Part shown: positions 1-14,172 of the stretch, piece by piece
How positions within the stretch are numbered: the first letter of the stretch is position 1
Layout of the letters: each line of letters starts with the position of its first letter
Origin: Ptychomitrium polyphyllum
Lineage: Eukaryota
Direction: 5' to 3'
DNA: 64,000 nucleotides
Assembly: GCA_973851085.1 (NCBI GenBank)
Contig: OZ316776.1
Span: 4,278,001-4,342,000 of the forward strand
Translations under genes and position numbers: made by a program
Notes under the pieces: model-generated
What the model was told of the DNA's origin: nothing
The model's database searches: none
Seen by the model: only the letters and a program-made list of their open reading frames with translations

Positions 1-9
1 AGAAGTGGT

Positions 10-267
10 TTGCAAGAGCGACTTTTGCTTAAGGAAGTTACTAGAGCTGAGATACGTGATGCAGAAATTGCTAGTGAGGTTAATGGGATCAACAATGAAT
101 TGAATGAACACTCACTCAGACCTGTGATATGGGGGACATGCAAATACAGAGATTTGTGGGCAAAAGCTGTGACAATTGATGAAGATACACTTATGGATAA
201 TGCTTCTCTGGTTCCTACAGATGAGATGATGGATGATGGATTAAATAACGTTGATAACTTGATGTGA
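10..267 (+). other. Possible terminal coding exon of a gene (or pseudogene) starting left of the window; product unknown
   Basis: Open acidic frame to TGA 265-267, then a strong donor G|GTAAGT at 301 and acceptor TATTAG| at 796, suggesting a 3'UTR intron. No recognisable domain. Confidence 0.25.
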
Positions 268-823
268 TGTTGGTAGAAATAGAAAACATTTTCCATGAGG
301 GTAAGTTCATTTCTTCTTGATTATAGTTACATTGTACATAACTATTGAAAATTAAAATGGAAGCTTCAAAGAAGTCATTTTAACGATTGGTATAGTTAAC
401 GTATTATGTAAAGTTAAAACAATAACCACAAAAATAGTTATGCTACTTCTTGACTTGTATAAGTGAGTTCACAAATAATTATGATTCTATTATGAGTTAT
501 ATTAGGGTTCTTATTGTGTTGAGTTCTATACGGACATAGTTCAGAAAGTACCTTGAAATACAAAGATATTCAATATCATCATATTTGATATTTTTTTAAT
601 ATTAAATTGTAATTATTTTCTCCAATAGAAGCTTACGTGATATTTTGTATTATGATTATGTTTTAGAGTAATTGAGATATAAGGGCACTTTGTAATCAAA
701 GAAAAATCCCAATCATTTGAAGTATTTACATCCTGTGGCCACCACTTCTATTTTCTATTTGGTAACCACAAACATTTATAAAGTATTTTATATTAGGTAC
801 ACTTATGGATAATGCTTAATGAT

Positions 824-873
824 GAAGACTCCTTGAGGAAGACTCAAGGAAGACTCAAGGAAGACTCCTTGAG
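824..873. repeat. Short tandem repeat GAAGACTC(CTTGAG/AAG) x4
   Basis: Units at 824-837, 838-848, 849-859, 860-873, read directly. Confidence 0.85.
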
Positions 874-999
874 GCTGCCATTTTGCTTCCAAGCTTTCAC
901 GCTTGAGGGCTGTTATACAGCGTCTTTTATTAGACTAGTCATCTATCTATGAAGTTTGTTGTGACCCTACAGTATTCAGTGTAGGATCTGTGGAAATTA

Positions 1000-3900
1000 T
1001 AGTTCGTGCAAATGTATGATTTCCACAAAATTAGTGTAGGTTTAGTAATACCATGATATACCAAATCGTTAAAGTTCCAAATCCAACCACACGGAGTCCT
1101 GGAAAGTTTACCATATGGACATTTTGATCGATGTCTATGTGATATTGAAGTGATATCCGCGTGTTTACGGTGTTAATAAGGCGCTCATTTCATCTTGTAC
1201 AATGGATAAGACGACTACTACTGGACGTTGCAAACATGCCCAGGCTCCTTGTAACAGTATAAGATATTGTAGTTGAGGTCGTCAGATTCATCGCATAATG
1301 GGGGAGTCCCCCACTCCAGATCATGTAACGAGTGCTAGATTACTTGAACTTATCTGAGAGAAGTCGACATGCTAGAAGCGGAATGATGATGGAATGTTGG
1401 ATGAGTGTAGATGGTGAGCGGACCGGGGAATCGAATTGGTTACAGTGGTCCGACCTTTACACAAGTCAAAAGTAGCTTCACGTTGGTCCTTAGAGTGTTC
1501 TGTGGAAAATTGGTGGCAGGAAGCTTCTACTTGTCCTGACGATGTAGCGTGACCTCTACATTCTGGCTCTCTCTAATCTCAGAAAAACTATTAAGCAACA
1601 ACAATCGGCAAACAGTTGAAGTCCTGGAGAGGAGTGAAGTCCTCGGAAAAGGCAACAACTGTTGTCTTCGAAGTGCGCATTCCTTAGTTCGATGGTGGTT
1701 CATCACAGGCGCGGCGAACCGGGCCAGCTTAGCGAGGTTCCTTCTTCTAGATTGTTTTCAGTCTAGATTTCGCAAATATATTAGTAGTGGCGGCTTTATC
1801 AGCGGCCTGGGGCACCGGCTTCGTCTGACACATGCCATGACAGGAAGGCAGTTTAGGTGCATGCACTGACCTTCAGTTAGATCAACTTTTCTCGCATCGT
1901 GGGACTTTGTGAACTCCTAATAGGAAGGCAACGGTTGTTGGCGATGGTCTGGCAGTAGGTGCACCATGGCCAGCGTATTGGCATGAGTGTGGTCGCAGCG
2001 TGGGCTAGAGCAACAGCGAAAAGACCGCGTGAGTAACGGTTTCATGTTCCGTTTATAGCTAACTTTTCCTGCCTTTTCATCACTTGTCAAGCTTATCAGC
2101 CCGCTGTTGGTAAATATAGATGAATGCATTCTGGAAGGCCATGTCTTGGCGATTTGGCAACCCGATGCTTGCCTCGATCACGGCCAATCTTTAGCATGTA
2201 CATCTGTCAGTCTACGCAGTTCATCTTGTGGTAAATTTCTTGAGGATGCTGTTCTTCGCGTAAGGAATTTTCTGTGTTTTTGTATGATAGCTTGGTTGTT
2301 GATGAGATTTGGAGAAGCCTTTAAGGCAATATTCATTATATTCGCAAATTTCAGTGACTTTGGCACAAATGCACAAAAGTTTCACAATGCAAATTCTTCA
2401 TTTGATTCAAACATTTCAAGCTTTGGATGTTACTCACGCATTCTAAGCTGCTCTGATTGACAATATGTGCAAAGAACATTGTAGTTTTGATCTCAAAGAT
2501 GGACTAAAATGCATGTTACAAGCAGAAAATGCAATTGGGAACGTAAATACTGCCAATACAACGAATATTCTCTTCTTAGTTCTCTTCTACTTTTAAGTCA
2601 AGGTACTCGACTGGAGGGGCTCGGAACCTATAAAACTCTGTTAGATTCTCTGTCCGAAGAGAGTATTTGCAAGTAACAAAGAGGGTGCTGGATTCTTTTC
2701 ACGGGTTTTGTGGTTTCCAGTTGAAAGGCCAGTGGGAAAATGAAAGAAGCTGCAGATTTGCAGGATTCCCCTATGGTACGCTTCAGGAGAGTGCAGGTAC
2801 TGATTTCTGGAGGATTTCTGATCGGTAATTACAAGCACCAGAATATAGTGGACTAAAGTCTTTCTGCCTATCTTAACAAGAGATTGTACCCAATTGGTTC
2901 TGCACGTATATTAATTGAGAGGCCTCAGAAACTCAGAGTCTGGATTTCAACTTATGGTTATGCTCCTCCTACATTACATGAAAAGAATTCCATACCCCTG
3001 TCACACGCATCTGAATTCTATGGCTGACACTTCCTTGCCTCGGACAGTGTCTCAGGGTGATGGAGGCCTGTGAAAGGCGTTGCAAGGGGACTACAACCAA
3101 TCCTTTCATGAGATGGTACTGTACTTCCAGTACATATATATCGCTGCTACAGTTTAAGGTTCACAAGGTTTTATGGTAAATGTGCGGAATACTATATATG
3201 TACATATTTGTTATATTGAGACAAAATGCGCATTATGGGTTTGAAATGCCTTGAAGACTCTAAAATCTCTCAACTTAATGAATATGGTATTATAAATCAG
3301 AAACACTGCTTCTTTACTTTCAACAAACATATATTTTGAAGTCGTTTTAAAAAGTGTCAAGATAATATGTATGTTTTCCTTTTCATATGAAAAGACAATA
3401 GTTCCTTTCATATGGATGGTTTCGATTCATTCTAGTGCAGATTATTAAGTACCTTTTCTATCCCGCAGTTCTATATTTTGTACCGGACATTGACTTACAC
3501 TTTGGAAAAGTATAACTTATAAATGATCTCATCACTGCACCGTATAGCTGTGGTGTGTCCGCCATAACATTATACTGTAGATGGTGCTTTGATAAATCGA
3601 TAGCATCACTGTTCAAAATAAACATCATGACATGATCCTCGGCCAGGTTTTATGGCATGTAATATCATATTGTGCTGGAGCGAAAGTGAGGGCGAAGGTA
3701 GGCAAAACCACTAAATTCTTTCTGAATGTAATACTGTTTTGCATTTTGGCTTGGAATCTTCGTTAAAGAACAATTATTCATACACCCTAGCACGGAGTGC
3801 ACGAGTGCTAGTAAGGGATATTGGTTCTGAAGCACTGTTGTTACTGATGCAGGGACGACGAGTACCCTGGTGGCCGGGCCACTTCAATTATTTTTGGAAA

Positions 3901-5270
3901 CTTTTACATCAAGCATCCATGAAGGTGCAAGTAGGATGAAAGTCTCTAAACGTACTCCCTTTAAATATTGAGCAGTTTGATGTCGGTGGTTACTCTCTGT
4001 TACAAGTAACATACTGGAAAACCGGTACAGCCCTCCAGCTTCAAAAGATGTGTCAATACTCCTGAAGATGAAGGCAATTTGAAAGAAAATACAAATGATA
4101 CTACCAAAATGTCCATATTTCTTAACGATAAAGACGATGTGGAACAAAAAATAATGCTTCCAACTATGACCATGTCAGAGCTATGCTGCGGACTTCATAA
4201 ACTTTCAGAATTTTTTTTGAGTCGATTTGTTTTGACAATGCATCTGCGAAGGAGATGAATTGATGATAGAGGATCAAATTAGACCATGTTCTCTCTCTTT
4301 TTACGCCATGTTTGCGAGAACGAAGAATCAATCAGTGAATAACTTGGACTTGTACTGTGAAAATGAGTGATTTTGTTTGCAAGCAATGCTCCTTTCACCG
4401 CGTAAGAGTACTTTGTGAAATATTCACAATGTGCGCAGAGACATTGCACAGAGTATGGAATTCAACATTGATTAAGGTGAAAGGCTGAAGTCCGAGGTTC
4501 CTTTTCAGTAAGCAATTTCATTTTTCAAACTTAAAGTAAACTAAAGAGGTCCGAGCGATTCTAATGATAGAACTGATCATATCTATCTGCTACAGATCTA
4601 TATGCAAAGGACTACGATATGCCATTGTTCATAGGTAAGTCTCAGCTGCTTGTCGAAATGCCCCTCGTCAACTCAAATTGCGCTCCACACGTCCAATGGA
4701 CACTTGCTTGTAAGTTTTGCCAGTCTTCTCAGATTCCAGATCCCACCTTGATCTGCAGCAATTCACCATGACAAATCCATAGCAACTCGTCTAAGACGTA
4801 GCGATGATCGTCTCAATTGTCGGGTTGCAGGGCGAAGATGATTTTTTCCAGTCCGACCCAATCTGTTGTGTCCTGTTCATCTAAACTGACAGAAACATTA
4901 CATGCATACCGTTAAAAAAGCCTTGAATAGCAACAAGTCTTCGGTTGTTTCTGCGAAGGAGCTGCCCGCTAAGGAAGTACCTTTTGTTCGAACCTTTTGT
5001 CTAGGAATACACACGCAGCAATTTTGCTCGGAGATCCAAAATATCAGGTTGCCAAGGAAGATGCATGCGTGTGTAATCCTATGACAAAGGTTCGAAAACA
5101 GTACAAAACGTCGAATCTCTTCCAACGCTTCTGCGCCAACATCCGTTGCTCGACAACAGTAGAACAGTCGCATGTATGTGCTGCGATAGTTTCCTTTCCT
5201 TGACAACCAGGTCAAGCCATAGAACATGCATTTTTGAGTATACCAACTAAGAAAGTTAAGAAACCGCACG
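1000..5270 (-). pseudogene. Decayed coding-like sequence (pseudogene or old TE relic), family not identified
   Basis: Minus-strand ORFs 2178-2366 and 1917-2129 share one frame, which continues through sparse stops to about 1500. Around 4600-4890 it reads LDEQDTTDWVGLEKIIFALQPDN*DDHRYVLDELLWICHGELLQIKVGSGI*EDWQ, with isolated TGA stops that could come from CGA. GC is higher than in the AT-rich spacers. Confidence 0.3.
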
Positions 5271-8200
5271 TAATGTATGCTAAAAAAATGACAACCAAGG
5301 CTTCAGATCCTACATTACATCCATAACATAAGTTTTCGAGAATGAGATGAGTTAATGAGGGAGGGCCAGAATATCAGAAAACCGGGACAAATTTTTCTCA
5401 TCGTGCTCACAGATATAATCTTCAACTGGCACGCCAAAGAAAATTTGAATCCTTACAGCTTCAGAGACCAAACCGCAAAATCTCCCTTCTAGCCAAAGCT
5501 AATGATCTTACCCAGCTTGACATAGTCGATCACCAACCACCAAAAGCACATACAATAGACCATGGTCCCAGAACCAAAAATCATGTGCTCTAGAGAAAGT
5601 TCAACACGATGACCAGGAAGGCCACAAGTACGATGGAAATCCTTCACCATGGGCAGGCAACTTATAGCTAAGGTCAGTGGCAGGCCACCGTCCGAAATCA
5701 TTGGGCTCGTGAAGGCCCAATCGTCCTCATCAGCGTTGAGCGGGTAAACATCATCGATCGGGTCAGACCTCGCACTGCAACGCGGCGCCCTCGATGCTCC
5801 CACCCCCAAGGCATCATATTAATGGCACAAGTCATGGAAGTGCTAGGATTGTGGAGTCCTCCAGCCACTGAGGTGTTGGCATGGGAACCCAGGAGCAACG
5901 TGACGCTGGGCGAGGCGAGACAGTACCGAGCGGCAAAAGGGGCACATGCGAGGTCATGGTGCGGCTAAGAGGTAGGGCGGCGTTTAGCTGATCCCTTCGC
6001 TTGACTCCCACACAAGTTTGGACGCAGTCTACTGTCGATCCGGGGTTCTCTCCTTGGCACGGCGCCCCACTCCCGCTCCGAAGCGCCCAATGCCCTCCAC
6101 AGCGGTTGTTGGCACTACGCTTTGTACACCAGGATGCCGCACTCTCCGCCTAGTGCAGCTCTCTCCCCTCCTAGCCTAGACCGCACTAGACAGTAGACTA
6201 GGGGGCGGGCCTGCCATAGTGCTTGCCTTGCCTGACCTTTCCTTCCACTGGACCTTAGCTATGGGCCAATGGGGAGTGCAAAGCTTGAGCCAAAATGGTA
6301 GCTTGAAGGCCAACGAAAACTAACCTTGGTCTGGCTAAGAATATGATTTGGTAGAGAGTTTTTTGAGAACCACCTCACTCAAGGATTCAAACTCTCTTCA
6401 AGCTTGGGTAATGTTTAAAGGAAACTTGAGCCAAGATTGACTTTTGACATGTGTCTAAATTGCCCCCAAAAATCACAATGAGCCCCTAAAATTTTCATGA
6501 ACAGTCATTTCATCTCCACAATACCACTCTGATTTTTCTCCCCCAATACTGGTAATATATCAGAGGAAAAGTAGATTGAGCCATGTATTTGCAGGCAATG
6601 GTTTTTTAAGAATATCACATGAGAAGAGCTGAAGACAACTACACAAAACTGCTGTTGATCATGTTTTTCGTACTTGTTTTGGTGGTGGGTACTTCCAGAG
6701 GTGGGATGAGTGCTTTCACTTGTAAGTTAGAGTATGTGTGCAGTCATGTATGTGGCGGCTTGTAGAATGACTGAGGCAGCATTCTGAGGGCCATGGATGG
6801 ATTAGGGGCTTCACTCATGGCCGCCTCAAAGCATGGGCATAGGCTATAAAATTTTCTAATTAAAGAGTGTTCCCTACAAGCTGGTCTGTAGGTTACATTA
6901 TCATCAGTTACAAGTACCATATCAGAGATGAAAAAGACTTTAGTTGTCTTGTTGTTTCCGAGAATGCTCTATTCCAAATTTAGCTCTTTCTTCATAGTGA
7001 TTTGTGCAAGGCTCTGGCCCCTAAGTTTTTACTGTATGGGGTGATTGAAATTTTGTTCCATTTCCTTTGATGTACCCATGATAGATCCAATTCCATGTTC
7101 CCCAATGGATTTCCTTTGACATAGCCATAATAGATCTAACTCCATATTCCTTATTGTATTTGTTTGAAGTTTGTTGGCAGTGATGTTGCCAACATATGAA
7201 AGGATAGGATATCAAGGTCAACCAATATTTAGAGCAGTTTGTTATAAAAGTGTCCAAGTTGTATGTCCTAAAATCATGTATAGCAACAATTTGTGGGCTT
7301 TATCCTTCTAACATACTGCAGTCTCCAAATGACTTAGTCTGCAGTAGGCTACAGACTTTTCAATGCTACCAGTCTTTTGACTAAACTGCTTCTGGAAGGA
7401 TTTGGAACTTAAGGCCACAGATTCTTGCATTTTTTGATGTGCAATCATATAATGTACAATATCTGCCTTGGTTTGCTTCCTGCCCTTTAGGTGTTCTTTT
7501 CAAAGTAAAATGTTGCTAATTTTGGACTTCTTTCAATCATAGAATGTATGAACATGCCTCATTATGGGCTCTTGTCAATCATATTATGTATAAACAGGGA
7601 AACTTAAAAAAAGTTTAGATTGTGGAAGGGAAGGTAGGGAGGCACAAACATTCTTGCTTTTTCATTGAATGCTATATAGATAAGAACAAAGAATATGGAT
7701 GAAAAGTTTACCTATGATGTTTAACAATTGTTAGAAGAAATTTTTAGGAGAGATGTTTATAAATAAGGATAAAATAGAAAACATAATGCATGAATTATAT
7801 TTTCATCTTAAATGAGCTATATTGTCAATTATAAACCTTTAATTTCTAAAATTTGTCTACATCAAAACTTTCTTTGAAATTATAGAGTAGTGTGCATGTC
7901 AACCACATGCAAACTACCTACCATGGCTCACTTATAGATTGTTGTTGTAAGGCCAATATATAGTGTTACAAAATTGACCAATTTGTTTTCAGTATGTTCC
8001 ATCCTAAAATGGAGCTATTCATACTTACAGACATTTCACATATGTGTTATACAATCTTCAATCTGGAGAGTGATTTCTAGGAGCTCACTTCTTTTCCAAG
8101 TACATATAGATTTGCATATAACACAGGCATGCCATACAGAACTTGTCCATAAAATAATTGTCCTACCTATGAGTATTAGTTTTATGAATGTGTCCATGTA

Positions 8201-9568
8201 AGGTCCTATGCCATTGTGGTAGACCTCACTGTCATAGTCTCGCCCAAGTCTTCAGCAAAACTGCTGCACAAAGCATGAATACATAGCATGTAAAGTATGT
8301 GCATATAAAACTATTATGGTATAAGAATTTTGGTATCAAAATAATTCCTCTTCACTCCTCTTAAAGCCTAGTAAAGAAGAAGTTTTTCTAAAAAAGGAAT
8401 TATTTTTAATTTACTTTACTAAAGTTTGTGTGTTGATGATACATTAGTATAGTTATTATCCAAGTTGAAAGGATGTGGAGTTACAGTTATTAATTAATTG
8501 TTTGTGGTTACACATCAGGTAACTATGCTCGTCTTCCAGGTAGAGAAAGGTTGATCAAATTCACCTCGGCTCTTCACAATTTTGACTCTTCACCCTAATT
8601 GACAGAGGCGTCTTTCTTCTAAAATTTGATTTACAAGATACTCTGAATTCAATTTATAAGTTATCCTCAGTAACCTCCTAGCTGCAAACCAATGTGAACA
8701 TTAGATTCTGCTCTTTCAAAATTTACAGAAAACCAATGTTGGGCTTTAAAAAACACCCTTGAATGAATACCTTGAACAAACAACTAAAAAAAAGTTTAAC
8801 TTAATACTTAAAATTAGAATGCCTATGTTAGCAGATTTTAGAAACATGAATGCCACACAAGGGAAAAAAAAGAATTATATTACGTTCATATACACCCAAA
8901 AGTATATTGCACTTACAAATACAATAAACTACTCACAAAAAGAGTAACTAGACCTTCCTATCTTGTTCATTAACACAATGCTCTGACAAACCACCTGCTT
9001 TTTCTGATTTCTACATGCTTGTTATGTTATCATATTTTGGAAAGGAATGATGACCAAATACCAAGGAGATGAGATTCAGGCATGCACTTGAATTGGGTAT
9101 ATGGAATGTGGGACCTGAAATCAAGCAGATGGAACCTATGCATGAAACTTAGACCAGCCAAGACAAGCTACAAAGCAAGAGCTTGATATTGTAGGAGTTT
9201 AATCACTAGGTGGCTAAGACTGATGAGCAATTCAATAACCATACACAGGCATCAACTTACTATAGTTACACAAGCGGTTTTTTAGCAGGTGACCAACTCT
9301 TGGGAAAGTGTTAATAAAAAAATTGTAAATGAATAAATGGATTTTGGAGGGTGTTCATTTTTTCACATCACTAGTTTCAAAATAGTATTGAAATATTGGC
9401 AAGTGATGAACCTCCTATGTGACTAGGGTATGTCAAATAGCAATGTGGGACTCCCTAACAAGAATCCACAATATTGAGGTACTTTGGGCATCCGCTCCAC
9501 AACACCTTGTATGCTACTGTAATTAATGCATGTTTGGAGGCTACCTCACGCAGTAGCTAGAGTGTTCA

Positions 9569-9610
9569 GGTGCTGGTGGGTGCTGGTGGGTGCTGGTGGG
9601 TGCTGGTTGG
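9569..9610. repeat. Minisatellite (GGTGCTGGTG)x~4
   Basis: Three perfect TGCTGGTGGG 10-mers plus one degenerate copy. Confidence 0.9.
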
Positions 9611-12600
9611 ACCTGCAAGAAATCAGTAGCTTTGAAGTTTTTGCATTGGGCACAGTACTGTAAGAACAAAAAAGGGAACTAGACGAGGTCTTGAGCAAAA
9701 TGCATGGAAGTTGAGAGTTCACAGAATGGGAACTTGATTCTTGAAGAATCTGAGGGGGAAGTCTAGAAGGATCCTACAAAGCCGCTAAAACAGTTAAGCT
9801 TTTCTCTATTATCTACTGCAGTTCTGATTCAACTATTTGAAAGTGACCCTGCATAATCGATTCCCACATAATTCATACATGAGGGCTAAATGTCCTTTGA
9901 TCAATCTGTCAATCTTGGGGCTCAATTATTAAGGGCGTTTCACACTTCTTGGATGCTCAATGTTATTTAAAATGTAAGGGGAGGTTTATAGATAAAGTGG
10001 TGCTGTCAAGATCTCATGCTCGACCTTATATGTTATCTTGTACATAATTACTTCAAGAGAAACAAAAGCTTCCTTCTTCAATGATTCTCCAGAGAACTAT
10101 CTTGGATTTCTTTTAGAGCAATGATCTTTTTGTTTCAAAAAGTATTTTAAAAATGTCCTTACACCATCTCTGATACATGTGGCAAGATGCAAAACACAAC
10201 CCCTTTATTTGCATAAAATTAGTATTTGGAAATATCACCAGTGGAAGCATGTTAAGATAGATACATGAAATTTTTCAATTTTGGATATTGGATGATAAAG
10301 TCATATCCCTTCCAAGCATGCTAATGCTAATGCTTGGAATATGAAGAGAATCATCAATTTTTTGGAAGTGTAAGAAGAATTGTCAAAAGATGTGGCAAAT
10401 ATAAATGATTTGATGAATTAGTCTTCCTTCAATTCCAAAGATTTGATGATCCTACTCAAACTCAAAGTGTTAGGATGCTTGTAAGGGATGTAACTTTGCC
10501 GCTCAATATTCAAAACTTAAAAATTCTATGTATCAATTTTATATAGTTGTCTTAATGTAGTTCCATTAGTGTTATCTCCAAATACTAATTGTATGCAACT
10601 AAAACCTTATTTTTTCATTTTGATGTATGTCTTAATTTAAGATATATTTTTTCTTCTTCCAACCTAATAAATTTTTAAAAATTATTCCAACAATTGTTAT
10701 TTCATCACAATTCCATTTCTCAATTTCTTTGTAAACCAACAAAGAATTGTAATGGTATGATAAATTAATAAAGGAGTTTAAACTAAAGAAATTTCAAAAT
10801 TACATTAAATAATGCTATTAGAATTTATGACTTATAACACATCATTTTCAAAACTTTTGTTAAAGTAAACTTAACATTTTAAAACCATTTATAAGTGTGG
10901 TTCTTTGTTCAAGAATTTCACACAATATTCTTTAATTACATGACTTTGTTCTACTTCTATATTAGACATGTTCTATGCTTCAAGCCAAATATTCTATTAT
11001 AAATAATATTTAGCAAATTTTTACATTGGAAAAGAAATGAACTGTTGTTTTAGTATTATTGATCATTGTAGAAAGTTGTAGTAGAAAGAGCTATTTTAAA
11101 ATATAATTAAATTTTGTGAACATATTATTAATCTGACTTATATTTTATGCACAGATGCTTTAAAGTACAAGTGAATGATATGAATTGATGATGAATTGCA
11201 TTATTTTTCAAAAAAAATATAAAGCAATAAAAGAAAGCACCTTGAAGTGAGATTCAAGTATAAGTTTATGAGAAATTTTGGAAAGAATACTAAAATATAT
11301 CATTTTTAATCTAATCATATATATATTTTTTATTTTTAAATTTCTATTTTTAAAATTTTAAATTTTTAAATTTTTTTTCAATTTTAATTTTTGTTTATTT
11401 TTGGCTCTATAATAGAATATAGCATATTAAAAAAACTCTCATACAAATATATTAACCATCAAAGTGAAAATCCTATCAGCTTAATATTGTATGAGTATCT
11501 TAAGGTCATCATTTTTTATTTTTTTCTTTGGCTTCTTAGAAATGATTATGCTTAGTAACAAAATTGAACAAAAACGTCTTGGAGCATTAGAGATGAAAAA
11601 ATAAAAATAAAAATTTGAAATGAATGTAGAGTTGGTTTCATGCATACTTTTATGCATCATATTTTCAAATTGAATACATCTCATAATTTAATAAATAATA
11701 TCTTATTTTTTCAATATAAATTGCAGCTTTATAAAACCAAGTCTTTCATTAAAATTTAATTTCAAGCTCTAAAACATAAGATAGAATGTTTTGAAGTCTA
11801 GTTCCAAAATCAAATTCAAATGTGCATGCAGAAAGGACCAACTTTGTAGACATTCAAGGGCTACAACTTTATAATATTAAGTTATATTTATTGCACTATT
11901 TCACTCAACTTTATTGCAACTTAATGTAAAATCTAAAGCAAAATCCAATATAAAATACAATAATAAAATCCTTTAAGATATTTAACTACTATTACAAATA
12001 TATTAAGGTATTTAAGTGTATCTATTGATTTCATTCTTTCTTATATATTAATCATTTTTTTTTATGTACTAATGAGATCATCTAAATTCAAAAACTTTTC
12101 TCATGTAATAAGCTTTTAAAGGCCTTTTAGACTAGTGTTATTTTGCATATAAGCAATTTCGGCAACTTTCAAGGGTAGCACCTTCATTAATTTCTTTCTT
12201 TCAAAGATAAATAACCTTATATGTGGCACAAATAGGGGCACTTTTATAATTGTTCCTTGAAGTTGCTCATTTTAAATATTAAAGAATTAAAGCATGAAAG
12301 ACCTCAAATTTCAATTGTTAATATTGTGCACAAGTTTCATCAAATGAAACAAAACATTACTCTATCTTATTTCATGTCTTGATGTAGTTTCAAAGATCTT
12401 AAGTTCATCTTATAAATGCAAGTAGTTATTATGTTATGATTATTTTAAAATGATTCCTCCACATTTGACATGTTTGTTTTTAATTATTATAAGTACAATA
12501 TATAAAAAAATTTAAACCACATCCAAATTTTAATTCTAAAAACTATATATGCAATGAGTGATTTATAAAAAAAAGTGTTTATTGTTGTAGTGTAGTATAG

Positions 12601-14172
12601 TATTGAGCCTTGAAGCTTACATGCACCTTGGCATTGACACATCATATTATTGACTTATTCAAGTATAAGAATTTTTTATCAAGGAAAACCTATTGCATGA
12701 TATCTTAAAGATAAAGCAAATTCACCAACATCCTCCTTCTATTGTGATGTCTACACATGTTAGAATTTTTTTGCAATAACATGCAACAACAACCAATTGT
12801 TGTTTTTATTTTTATTTTTTAAATATGTTTCTTTTGTTTCTAATGCTAAAAGCTCAAAGGCCCTTTTATATGGAAGAATATTGCATATTAGAATGATCTT
12901 CAAATTTAGTGGTATTAAAAATAAAGTCTATCTAATTTAATCATTTTTAGATTAGAAATTTCATGAATTTTGGACAATAGAGATTAAAAATTCAACATCT
13001 TATTTCTTACTACATCATCATTTTATTTGTTGCATGAAAGGTTCCAAACTAAAATCCAAACCTTAGAAGTGCATATGATTCATCATTCTTAATTCATTCA
13101 ATTTTACCTTTGCTAAAAATATAATAGACTACAACCCAACAATCTCATTATTAGAAGGGCTTCCAAGCTCAAGATCTTAAGACCAAATAACTGGTACCTG
13201 AATGCTGCTGAAAGCCGTTACTATGGTTAAGAAATTTCCTAATGGAATTCAGTTGCCAGAAACAAACGCACTTGTTGATGTGGAATGGTGAAGTGGACCA
13301 AGCTAAGGTTTTCAATGAAACCCCATGGGATGTAAAAATGGAGACGCTCAATACCCAGGTACGCCGATACCCTGGCACCCCAGATGCATGGACAATGAGA
13401 AGCTCCTGCCACGGAGGCGGCCAGCCAGGATGGGTACCGGATAAGCTCGCTCCTCTCCTATTCGCCCCTGCCCTCCGCACCCCGCTTTCCATCTCCAGGG
13501 CAGTTTCTGTTTCCAATACTTTCGATACCCCCCTGAGTATCGGCCAGATATCCAAGGAATCTCGCCTCAGTATTTCATTGGTATCAATTGATAAAATAGG
13601 ATGAAGGGAAGCCGCGCGACTCATTGTGCACCACTCACTCCCACTGATTGTGTTCCTTCTTCGCACGGTGAGCTGAATTTCTCTCTGGCAACTCTGAGTC
13701 TGCGTGTCCAGTTCCAGGCGTCTCTTCGCGTTTGTTCATTGACTGCACTGGAGTTGGACAATGGAGGATTGAGCACGTGAATCATTTTCTCTTGCGTCTT
13801 GACTTCACAGCTAGCTGAGATTGGCTGGAGATCACGTGAGCATGTGATCAGAAGGTGGGTGATGTCGATGATCGTCGCTTAGCTCCACGGCCTTACCTTG
13901 AAGGTACGACATGACCTTGTGCTTGATGTGGGCTCTTTGTAAGTTGACTGTTCGAAGTTGAACTCAAAGATAGGTTGTTATCATGTCCAGGTACATGCCT
14001 GCGGAGATGAATTCATGGTTAAATTGAATCTAGATATTGATGTGGAGCGATTGCTACGTTGTGGTTGATGTTGGAGCGCTTCTGGTGTAGTATTGCTTAT
14101 GAGATGATTGGAAGCTATGGCAGTTCTTGACAGTCGATTAGTTCATTGCCTGGCAGAGGTAGTCGTTCGAGA

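Noticed and set aside
824..873. Repeat arrays (also 56150-56515) as CRISPR-like
   Set aside because: Eukaryotic context, no regular repeat-spacer architecture, no cas genes.
1500..2460. Decayed frame as a tyrosine-recombinase or Rep/helicase transposase
   Set aside because: I could not find the catalytic motifs in the frames I translated, so no family is assigned.
13169..13666. Overlapping 165-aa and 120-aa ORFs
   Set aside because: They lie in the promoter/leader of the oxidoreductase, with no recognisable protein features.
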